From the human T2T-CHM13v2.0 reference genome, Homo sapiens: a stretch of DNA of 64,000 nt. Below the pieces are notes generated by a model that saw only the letters and a program-made list of their open reading frames with translations, had not been told where the DNA came from and searched no databases. Below are positions 52,914 through 64,000 of this stretch, piece after piece (position 1 is the stretch's first letter; every line of letters starts with the position of its first letter). The translations under genes were made by a program, and so were the position numbers. The stretch lies in NCBI RefSeq assembly GCF_009914755.1, contig NC_060933.1. One strand, written 5' to 3'.

Positions 52914-55664
52914 TGTAGTGAGTTGAATGGTAGCTGTATTAGCCTGTTTTCACACTGCTGTAAATAACTGTATGAGACTGGGTAATTTATAAACAAAAGA
53001 GGTTTAATTGACTCACAGTTCGTGTGGCTGGGGAAGCCTCAGGAAACTTACAATCATGGCAGAAGGTGAATGAGAAGCAAGTACCTTCTTCACAAGGCAG
53101 CAGGAAAGAAAGAGGGCACAGGGGAAACTGCCACATTTAAAGCATCATATCTCATGAGAACTCCCTCACTATCATGAGAACGGCATGGGGGAAACTGCCC
53201 CCATCAGCCAATCACCTCTCACCAGGTTCCTCCCTTGACAGGTAGGGATTACAATTCAAGATGAGATATGGGTGAGAACACAGAGCCAAACCATATGATT
53301 CTGCACCTGGCCCCTCCCAAATTTCATGTGCTTTCCACATTTCAAAACCAATCATGCCTTCCTGACAGTCCCCGAAAGTCTTAACTCATTCCAGCATTAA
53401 CTGGAATGAGCATCAAAAGTCCAAGTCCAAAGTCTCATCTGAGACAAGGCAAGTCTCTTCCACCTATGATCCTGTAAAATCAAAAACAAGTTAGTTACTT
53501 CCAAGAAACAACAGGGGTACAGGCACTAGGTAAATGTTTCCATTCCAAATAGGAGATATTGGCCAAGTCCAAAACCTGACTGGGCAGTCATTAAATCTTA
53601 AAACTCCAAAATCTCCTTTTATTCCATGTCTCACATCTAGGCCATGCTGATGCAAGAGGTAGGCTCCCACAGCCTTGGGCAGCTATGCCAGTGTGGTTCT
53701 GCAGGGTGCAGACCCCATGGCTGTTTTCACAGGCTGGCATTGAGTGCCTGTGGCTTTTTGAGGCACACAGTGCAAGTTGTCGATGGGTCTACCATTCTGG
53801 GGTCTGAAGGCCAGTGGCACTCTTCTCATAGCTCCACTAGGCAATGCCCCAGTGGGGCCTACAACCCCACATTTCCCCTCTGCATTGCCCTAGTAGAGGT
53901 TCTCCACAAGAGCTGTGCCCCTGCAGCAGACCTCTGCTGGACATCCAGGCATGTCCATACAACCTCTAAAATCTAGGCTAAGGTTCCCAAAGCTCAACTC
54001 TTGTCTTCTGCACACCCACAGGCTTAACATCAGGTGGAAGCTGCCAAGACTTGGGGCTTGCACCCTCTGAAGCAATGGCCTATGCTGTACCTTGGCCCCT
54101 TTTAGCTATGGCTGGAGCAGGAGCAGCTGGAATGCAGAGCACCAAGTCCTGAGGCTGCACAGAGCAGCAAGACCCTGGGCCAGCCCAGGAAACCATTTTT
54201 TCCCTCCCTCTGGGTCTGTGATGGGAGAGGCTGCTGCAAATTTTTCTTACATGCCCTGGAGACATTTTCCCCATTGTCTTGACTTAACATTCAGCTCCTC
54301 ATTACTTACGCAAATTTCTACAGTCAGCTTGAATTTCTCCCCAGAAAATGGGTTTTTCTTTTCTACCTCATGGTCAGGCTGAAAATTTTCCAAACTTTTA
54401 TGCTCTACTTCTCTTTTAAATATAAGCTCTAATATCAGATAATCTCTTTGAAGGCATATGACTGTACACTTTTAGAAAAAGCCAACACACATCTTGAATG
54501 CTTGGCTACTTAGAAATTTCTTCTGCTGGATATCCTAAATCGTCTCTCTCAAGTTCAGTGTTCCACAGATGTCTAGAGCATGAACAAAATGCTGCCAGTC
54601 TTTTTGCTAAAGCCCAACAAGATTGATTTTTACTCCAGTTCCCAATAAGTTCCTCATCTCCGTCTGAGACCACCTCAGCCTGGACTTCATTATTCAAATC
54701 ACTATCAGCATTTTGGTCAAAACCATTCAACAAATCTCTAGAAAGTTCCAAACTTTCCCACATCTTCCTGTCATCTGAGCCCTTCAGACTATTCCAACCT
54801 CTCTCCATTACCCAGTTCCAAAGTTGCTTCCACATTTTCAAGTATCTTTATAGCAGTGCCCCACTCCCAGTACCAATTTCCTGTACTAGTCTGTTATCAC
54901 ACTACTATAAAGAACTGCCTGAGACTGGGTAATATATAAACAAAAAAGGTTTAATTGACTCACCATTCTGCATTCTGGGGAGGTCTCAGGAAACTTGCAA
55001 TCATGGCAGAAGGCAAAAGAAGAGAAGGTACCTTTTTCACAAGGCAGCAGGGGAGAGGACAGAGGAAATTGCCACTTCTAAACCAGCAGATCTCATGAGA
55101 ACTCCCTCACTATCATGAGAACAGCATAGGGGAAACCACCCTCATCAGCAAATCACCCACCAGGTCCCTCTCTCAAAATGTGAGGATTAAAATTTGAGGT
55201 GCAATTTGGATGGGGACACAGAGCCAAAGCATGTCAGTAGCTAGAAAGATTAACAACTGTATCTGTGAATATGACCTCATTTTTTAAAGAGAGCCTTTGT
55301 TGATTAAATGAAGGATCTGTAGATGAGATGATTCTGGATATCTGGGCAAGCTCTAAATATAATGATAAATGTCTGAATAAGAGACAAAGGAGAGATAGGG
55401 AGAAAAAGGAGAAGGCCGTATGAAGGCAAAGGAGTGAGAAATTAAGAGTTAAGCAGCCACAAGCCAACGTGGCAGGTGGTGCCTGAAGCCACCAGAAGCG
55501 GGAAAAGATAAGGTGGAATTTTCCCCTAGAGATTTCAGTAGTATGGCCTGGATGTCACCTTGAATTCAGACATTTGGCCTCCAAAATTGTAAGAAAATAA
55601 ATTCCCTTTGTTTATAAGCCACAAAGTTTATGGTAATTTGTTACAGCAGTCCTAGGAAACTTAA
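52914..55664 (+). mobile_element. MLT1B-like LTR split by MSTA (pieces 52914-52934 and 55237-55664)
   Basis: tgtagtgagttgaatggtagc ... ctgtgaatatgacctcattt...gtttatggtaatttgttacagcagtcctaggaaac; TSD gctgg/gctag. Confidence 0.85.
52935..55236 (-). mobile_element. Complete MSTA-type MaLR provirus (LTRs 52935-53298 and 54882-55236)
   Basis: Two homologous LTRs around a ~1.58 kb internal region; perfect 5-bp TSD gtagc (52930-52934 and 55237-55241). Confidence 0.95.
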
Positions 55665-58600
55665 GCTAGTAAATGTTTTATCTTTTCATGTGATACACCG
55701 TGCAATAAAATGAATCTGTATAAACAAATAATGTAATTTGATTGCTGGGACTGTAAATTTGCTTAGAGATTTTTAGTAACATGCCAAGAAACATTAACTT
55801 CATACAAAATAAGATCATGTTTCCCAGGTGTTTTGCCTTTTAATTACTTTTCTTTTATACTAAACACCTTTCAGTGTTATCCAGCTAAACTTGGATTTTC
55901 TTTCTGCAAAGTTATTGACTTTGCTATCCAGCTTAGAAGTCTATCTGCAGTCCAGGTCAGTATTATCCAATTGCATTTTCTACTACTCCATATGGTTTCT
56001 GCTTAAGCTTTGAAGCTCCTGCTCAACACCATCATTTCTGTTCTTTATTCATTGAAAAGTGTTTTCATGACTGTTCTGCTTTTGTTTCCTCATGTTCTTT
56101 CTTTGACTTTGTTTACTCCTTTTGATGAGCCAATTGTCATGTCATTTTACCTTTCTTACCCAACATCACATCCTATTTTGTTTTTGTTTTAAACGTCCTT
56201 GAGAGTAGTAAGCATAATGTCCAAAATTTACTTTGGTTTTTTATTGTAAAACTTTTTACACAAAGATGTTTTCTTTACTGGGCTCTTGCATTACTAAGAT
56301 CATATGCTTATTTCATGTTGCACAATCATTTATTAACTCTTATTTCTTTCTGTTAGTTACCTTTAAATGCAGAAAAATAGCTATAGAAAGCATAGATGCT
56401 TTCTCTTTGCCTCTAAATAGCTTGAGTTGATTTTTCTTTTTCTTTTTTTAATTTCCAACTTTTATTTTAGGTTCAGAGTACACGTGCAGGATGTGCAGAT
56501 TTGTTACACAGGTAAACGTTTGCCTCAGTGGTTTGCTGCACAGATCATTTCACTACCTATGTATTAAGCACAGCATCTATTAGCTATTGTTCCTGATGCT
56601 CTCCCTCTTCTCACCCCCCTTGCTCCCTCCTATGTGTCCATTTGTTCTCATAATTCAGTTCCTAATTATTAATATAAGTGAGAATATGAGGAATTTGATT
56701 TTCTCTTCTTGCTTTTGCTTGCTGAAGATAATGGCTTTCAGCTCCATCTATGAACCTGCAAAGGACAGGATTTTGTTTCTTTTTATGGCTGCATAGTATT
56801 CCATGGTGTATACCCACCACATTTTCTTTATCCGGTCTGTCATTGATGGACATTTAGGTTGATTCTATGTCTTTGTTATTGTGAATATTGCTGCAATGAA
56901 CATATGTGTACATGTATCTTTATAATAGAATGATTTATGTTCCTTTGGGTATATACCCAGTAATGGGATTGCTGGGTCAAGTGTTGTTTCTCCCTCTAAG
57001 TCTTTGAAGAATTGCTACACTGTCTTCCACAATGGTTGAACTAACTTACACTCCCATCAAAAGTGTAAAACTGTTCCTTTTTCTCCATAACCTTGCCAGT
57101 GTCTGTTGTTTTTACACTTTTTAATAATAGCCATTCTAACTGGTGTGAGATGGTATCCCATTGTGGTTTTGATTTGCATTTCTCTAATGATCAGTGATGT
57201 TGAGCTTTTTTTTATATGTCTGTTGGCCACATGTATGTCCTCTTTTAAGTGAAGTGTCTGTTCGTGGCCTTTGCCTACTTTTTAATGGGGTTGTTTGGTT
57301 TTCTTGTAAATGTGTTTAAGTTCTTTGTAGATGCTAGTTATTAAACCTTTGTCAGATGGATAGACTACAAATATTTTCTCCCATTTTGTAGGTTGTCTGT
57401 TTACTCTGATGATAGTTTCTTTTGTTGTGCGGAAGCTCTTTCATTTCATTAGATCCCATTTGTCAATTTTTGCTTTTGTTACAATTGCTTTTGGCATCTC
57501 TGTCATGAAATCTTTGTTCATGCTTATGTCCTGAATGGTATTGCCTAGGTTTTCTTCTATGGTTTATATAGTTTTGGGTTTTACATTTAAGTATTTAACC
57601 CATCTTGAGTTGATTTTTGTATATGGTGCAAGGGAGGGGTCCAGTTTCAATTTTCTGCATATGGCTAGCCGGTTCTCCCAGCACCATTTATTAAATAAGG
57701 AATCCTTTCCCCATTGCTTGTTTTTGTCAGGTTTGTTGAAGATCAGAGTGTTGTAGGTGTATAGTTTTATTTCTGGGTTCTATTCTGTTCTATTGGTCTA
57801 TGTGTCTATTCTTGTACCAGTACCATGCTGTTTTGGTTACTGTAGCCTTGTGTTATGGTTTGAAGTCAGGTAGAATGAGAGCTCCAGCTTTGTTCTTTTG
57901 GCTTAAGGTTGTTTGGCTATTCGGGATCTTTTTTGCTTCCATATAAATTTTAAAATAGTTTTTTTTTTAATTATGTGAAAAATGTCAGTGGTAGTTTAAT
58001 GGGAACAGCACTGAATCTATACATTGCTTTGGGCAGTATGGCCATTTTTACAATATTGATTCTTCATATCCATAATCATGGAATGTTTTTACATTTCTTT
58101 GTATCATCTCCGATTTCTTTGAGCAGTGTTTTGTAGTTCTCCTTGAAGAGGTTCTTCACTTCCCTTGTTAGCTGTATTCCTAAGTACTTTATTATTTTAA
58201 CGGCAATTGTGAATAAGAGTTTATTTGATTTGGCTCTCAGCTGGCCTGTTGTTGGTGTATAAAAAGGCTAGTGATTTTTACACATTGATTTTGTATCCTG
58301 AGACTTTGCTAGAATTACTTACCAGCTTAAGAAGCTTTTGGACTGAGATAATGGGGTTTTCTAAATTTAGGATCATGTCATCTGCAAGCAAAGATAGTTT
58401 TACTTCCTCTCTTCCTATTTGAATATGCTTCATTTCTTTCTCTAGCCTGATTTCCTTGGCCATAACCTCCAATACTATGTTGAATAGGAGTGGTAAGAGA
58501 GGGCATCCTTGTCTTGTGCTAGTTTTCAAGTGGAATGCTTTCAGTTTTTGCTCATTCAGTGTGTGAGTTTGTCAGATATGGCTTTTATTGTTTTGAGGTA

Positions 58601-60103
58601 TTTTCTAGTTTATTGAGAGTTTTTAACATGAAGGGATGTTGAACTTTATTGGAGGGTTTTTCTGCATCTATTGAGGTAATCATGTGGTTTTTGTCTTTGG
58701 TTCTGTTTATGTGATGAATCACATTTATTGATTTGCATATATTGAACTAACCTTCCATCCCGGTGCTAAAGTATACTTGATTGTGATGGATAAGCTTTAT
58801 AATGTGCTGCTGGATTCAGTTTGCCAGTATTTTGTTGAGAATTTTGGCATCAATAATCATCAATGATACTGGCCTAAATTTTTCTTTTTGTTGTTGTATT
58901 TCACCCAGGTTTTGGTGTCAGGATGATGCTGGCCTCATAGAATGAGTTAGAGAGGAGTCCCTCCTTCTCAATATTTTGGAATAGTTTCAGTAGGAATGGT
59001 ACCAGCTCTTCTTTGTACCTTTGGTAGAATTTTGCTCTGAATCCATCTGGTCCTGGGCTTTTTTTCATTGGTAGTTTATTTATTACTGCCTCAATTTCAG
59101 TACTCATTACTGGTCTATTCAGGAATTCAGTTTTTCCCTGGTTGAGTCTTAGGAGGGTGTATATGTCCAGGAATTTATCTATGTCTTCTAGATTTTCTAG
59201 TTTACGTGCATAGAGGTGTTTGTAGTATTATGTGATGGTTGGTTGTACTTCTGTGGAGTCAGTGGTGTTATCCCCCTTATTATTTCTGATTGTGTTTATT
59301 TGAATCTTCTCTCTTTTCTTCTTTATTAGTGTAGTTAGCAGTCTGTTTTATTATTTTTTTTCAAAAAAAAAGTTTGGACTTACTGATTTTTTTGGAGGGT
59401 TTACCATGTATCTATCTTTCTCAGTTCAGCTCTAATTTTTGTTATTTCTTGTCTTCTGTTAGCTTTGGGGTCTGCTTGCTCTTGGTTCTCTAGTCCTTTA
59501 GTTGTGATGTTAGATTGTTAACTTGTGATCTTTCTAACTTTTTGATTTGGACATTTAGTGCTATATATTTCCCTCTTAAAACTGCTTTTGCTGCATTCCA
59601 GAGATTCTGGTATATTGTTTCTTTTTCTCATTAGTTTCAAAGAACTTTATTTCTGCCTTAATTTATTTACCCAACAGTCATTCAGAAGCAGGTTGTTCAA
59701 TTTCCATGTAGTTGTGTGGTTTGGGGTGAATTTCTTAATCTTGAGTTCTAATTTGGTTGTTTTATGTGGTCTGAGAAACTGTTATTATTTCAATTCCTTT
59801 GCATTTCCTGAGAAGTGTTTTACTTATAATTATGTGATCAATTTTAGAGTAAGTGCTGTTCAATGATGAAAAGAATGTAAATTTTGTTTTTTGTGGGGTG
59901 GAGAGTTTTGTAGATATCTATCAGGTCCACTTCATCCAGAGTTGAATTCAGGTCCTGAATATCTTTGTTAATTTTCTGTCTTTATGATCTGTCTAATCTT
60001 GTTAGTGGAGCATTAAAATCTTCCACTATTATTGTGTGGGAGTCGAAGTCTCTTTGGAGGTCTCTAAGAACTTGCTTTATGAACCTGAGTGCTCTTGTAT
60101 TGG

Positions 60104-60198
60104 GTGTGTGTGTGTGTGTGTGTATATATATAATGTGTATACATTTGTGTGTGTATATGTGTGTGTGTGTACATATTTGTGTGTATATATAGATATAC
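60104..60198. repeat. Compound (TG)n/(TA)n microsatellite
   Basis: Read directly; abuts the Alu tail. Confidence 0.93.
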
Positions 60199-60493
<295 letters not shown>

Positions 60494-60849
60494 GGGTGCA
60501 CATGTATTTAGAATAGTTAGCTCTTCATGTTGAATTGATCCCTTTACCATTATGTAATGCCCTTCTTTGACTTTTTAAATTTTTGTTAAAGTCTGTTTTG
60601 TCAGAAACTAGGATTGCAACTCCTACTTTTTTCTGTTTTCCATTTGCTTGATAAATTTTCCTCCATCCCTTTATTTTGAGCCTATTTGTATCTTTGCATG
60701 TGAGATGGATCTCTTGAAGACAGCACACTGATGGGTCATTGTTCTTAATCCTGGTTACCATACTGTGTCTTTTAACTGGGGCATTTAGTCCATTTACATT
60801 TAAGGTTAGTATTATTATGTTTGAATTAGATCCTGTCATTATAACACTA

Positions 60850-61938
60850 GCTGCTTATTTTGCAGACTTGTTTATGTGCTTTCTTCACTGTTTTGCTGAT
60901 CTGTCTACTTCAATGTGTTTTTGTATTGTCTGGTAACAATTTTTCCTGTCCATGTTTAGTACTTCCTTCAGGAGTTCTTGCAAGGCAGTTCTGGTGGTAA
61001 CAAATTGTCTCAGCATTTGCTTGTACGAAAAGGATCTTTTTTCTCTTTTGCTTATGAAGCTTAGTTTGGCTGGATATATAATTCTGGGCTGGAAAATCTT
61101 TTCTTTAAGAATGTTGAATCAATATTCAACATTCCCCCAATCTCTTCTGGCTTCTAGGGATTCTACTGAGAGGTCCATGATTAGTCTGATGGGCTTCTCT
61201 TTGTAGGTAACCTGACCTTTCTTTCTGGCCACCCTTCACATTTTTCCTTTCATTTTGACTTTGGAGAATCTGATGTTTATGTGCCTTGTGGATGATCTTC
61301 TTATTGAGTATCTCACTGGGGTTCTCTGCATTTTCTGAATTTGAATGATTGTCTGTCTTCCTAGGTTGGAGAAGTTCTCCTGGATGATATTCTGAAGAAT
61401 GTTTTCCACCTTGGTTCTATTCTCCCCGTCTCTTTCAGGTACCTCAATTAGTCATAGATTCAGTCTCTTCACATAATCTCATATTTCTCTGAGGTTTTTG
61501 TTCATTTCTTTTCATTCTTTTTTCTTTATTTTTGTCTGCCTGTTTTAATCTAGAAAACCAGTCTTCCAGTTCTGAGATTCTTTCCTCCACATGGTCTATT
61601 CTGCTATTCATACTTGTGATTGCATTGTGAATTTCTTATAGTGTGTTTCTCAGCTCTAATAGGTCAGATATGTTCCTCTTTAAACTGGCTATTTTAGCTC
61701 TCAGCTCCTGCATTGTTTTATCGTGATTCTTAGCTTCTTTGCCCTGGGTTACAACAAGTTTCTATAGCTCAGCAAAGTTTGTTGTTATCCATATTCTGAA
61801 GCCTACTTCTGTCATTTCAGCCATCTCAGCCTCAGCCCAGTTGTGGACCCTTGCTGGAGAGGTATTGTAGTCATTTGGAGGAATAAGGGCACTCTGGTTC
61901 TTTGAGTCTTTAGCATTTTTGCATTGATTCTTTCTCAT
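60850..61938 (-). pseudogene. L1 ORF1p remnant
   Basis: MRKNQCKNAKDSKNQSALIPPND...AEMAEMTEVGFRIWI. Confidence 0.88.
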
Positions 61939-63704
61939 TTTTGTGTGCTTATCTAACTTCAATTTTTGAGATTGCTAACCTTATGATGGGTTTTTTGTGG
62001 TTTTGTTGTTATTGTTGTTGTTTTAGTTGTTTTCTGTTTGTTTGCTTTTGTTTTTCCTAACAGTCCTGCCAGTCTTTCATAGGGCTGTTGCAGTTTGCTG
62101 GGGATCTGCTCTAAACTCTGGTTGCGTTGATTCTTCCCATACCTGGAGTTATCACCAGTGAATGCTGCAAAACATCAAAGATGGCAGCCTGCCCCTTCTT
62201 CTGTCAGCTCTGTCCCATGAGTGTGCTGACCTCTTGCCAGCCAGAACACACCTGTAGGAGCTGGCTAGGGACCCCTGTTACAAGTTCAGAAGGAATGGGA
62301 TCACATAAAGGAGCCATCTGGCTGCTATTTGATAGAGCAGCTATGCTGTGTTGGGGATCCCTTCAGCTCCATATTGATTTGGGCTCTCCAAAGCCCACAG
62401 ACTGGACTGGCTAAGAATCCAAAATGGCCAAGGAGGCAACTTGCACTGCCCCTCAGGTACCCATCCCAGGGAGAAAGTTGAGCTGTGTTGGACCCACAAA
62501 GCATGGGCAGAGTGACCAGAGGCCCTGGCTGGGAGGACCTGGCTGGACAGATCTGCCCTGTGAGAAGGAGTGGATCAGGGTCCCACTTAAAGAAGCTGTC
62601 TGGTCATGCTTCAACAAAACATCTATGACATGTTGGGTCATAGTCTGCCCCGTTGGCTTTGACTCTCCAAAGCCCACAGTCTGAAATGGCTGAGTCATCC
62701 AACCAGCCCAGGTGTTGGCCCTCCCTTCCCTGTGGCACTCTAGCCCAGGGAGAGATCAGAGCTCTGTCTGTAGTACTACGTGCAGATGGGCATGGCTGGG
62801 AGGTCTCGTGCAGTGAGGAGGAATGGATCAGGGGCACGCTTAAAGAAACTGGCCACAATCTGGCAAAGCTGCTGTGCTGTGCTGCTGGGGGGATCCTTGT
62901 CCAGACCATTTGGACTTTACAAAGCCCACAGGCTGGAATGGCTGAGTTGACCAAACAGCAGAGATGGCATCTGCCCCTCCTCCCTAGGGCTCTTTCCCAT
63001 CTCAGGAAGGCTCCACCCTGTTGCCAGAGGATGGCTGAAATTTCAAGCCAATAAGGTGCCATAGAAGTGGGGCTCACAGAACTACGCTGCTCAGCTCCCT
63101 GGATTCTGTCCCCTTCCTAGGGTATGTGCGGGCTTCCCACCTTGCTTGAGTTGCAGACACGTTTGTTGTGGATCCCAGGGCCAGAATATGTAAAACTCCT
63201 GTGTCTCTGTGTGAGCATGAGCAGGCTCTGTCAAGACTCCACATAGCTCTGTGTGTCTGACTTCAGGCCCTGGTGGCATGGACTCACCAGGGGATCTCCT
63301 TATCAGCAAGTTGCAAAGATCCATGGGAGAAGCATGGTTTTTTGGGGTTGTGCAAGCACTCACCATTTCCCTTGGCTGGGGGTGGGGATTCCTTTGACTC
63401 CATATCATTCCTTTGTGGGCCATTGCCCCACCCTGCTTTTCTTCATTCTCCATGGGTCAAATTGTTTCCCTGATCAGTCCCAATGTGACTACCTGGATAT
63501 TTCAGTTGAAGGTGCTCTATTCACTTGCTCTTTTTGTTCCTCTTTGTGAATGCTGTGAACTGCAGCCTCTTCTAATCAGCCATCTTTTTGGCTATATATT
63601 TTAAGCGATTAAAAAATATATTTATACCATGGGATAAAAAGAAAAAAACAATTAGGATTTATACATGTTTAGAGTTAGAGAGAGCTTCCTGTGTCAGTGT
63701 AGTC

Positions 63705-64000
63705 TGTGAGGACTAAGCTCTGATTTTTTTTTTTTTTATCTTGCCCACATTTCTATCTAAGGGGTCTGGGAGTCATGCCCTACAAACCATAAATTCTCAT
63801 CAGATGGGTTTTACATAAGCCTATATGTTGTGACTTGTTTTCCAACCTAACTCTGGAATAACATTATGAGACAAGGAAGAAAATCAAAATTTTTACCCCA
63901 AAACGTGTTTCTTTGCCACATCTTGAAATGGCCCTACAAAGCTGTCCTTTGTGGGGGAAAATTTTTATCTATAAAGAATCTTTATTAACATAACTAGATC
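63705..64000 (+). mobile_element. MER4D-like ERV1 LTR (cut by the window edge)
   Basis: tgtgaggactaagctctgatttt...atcttgccc...ctatctaaggggtctgggagtcatgccctacaaaccataaattctcatcagatggg. Confidence 0.88.

Noticed and set aside
62127-63604. Cluster of overlapping ORFs suggesting a coding or promoter region
   Set aside because: GC-richer L1 5'UTR, CpG-depleted, so neither a CpG island nor a gene.

Overview
AT-rich, repeat-dense primate (human-like) genomic DNA. Alu S elements, L1PA, THE1/MST and MER4 mark it as primate. I can support no intact protein-coding gene, RNA gene, CpG island or CRISPR array, and the supplied ORFs are transposon fragments, microsatellites or chance ORFs. The largest structure is an apparently full-length ancient L1MC1-type LINE (~14730-32366, +). 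It is expanded to ~17.6 kb by nested insertions: a complete MSTB-type MaLR provirus, a 5'-complete old L1PA, a truncated MSTA provirus, THE1, L1MA and MLT2A2. Also present are a near full-length L1PA on the minus strand (~56430-63592), a complete MSTA inside MLT1B with a perfect TSD, a full-length dead HSMAR2 mariner, MER82, MER33, MER63, an ERVL/MLT2 remnant, six Alus and many MIR/L2 fragments. The most unusual signals are DNA-repair scars. A ~145 bp patch at 28165-28310 is stitched from sequence 1.6 kb upstream and 1.6 kb downstream, with aborted restarts. There are also fold-back insertions nearby, a multi-kb deletion junction fusing L1 ORF2 to MaLR internal sequence, and a compound duplication in L1 ORF2. 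Unique stretches hold weak candidate lncRNA exons and enhancer-like motif clusters. Subfamily names come from remembered consensus sequences and need RepeatMasker/Dfam confirmation; boundaries of old repeats are approximate. I could not identify the locus and found no new gene system.
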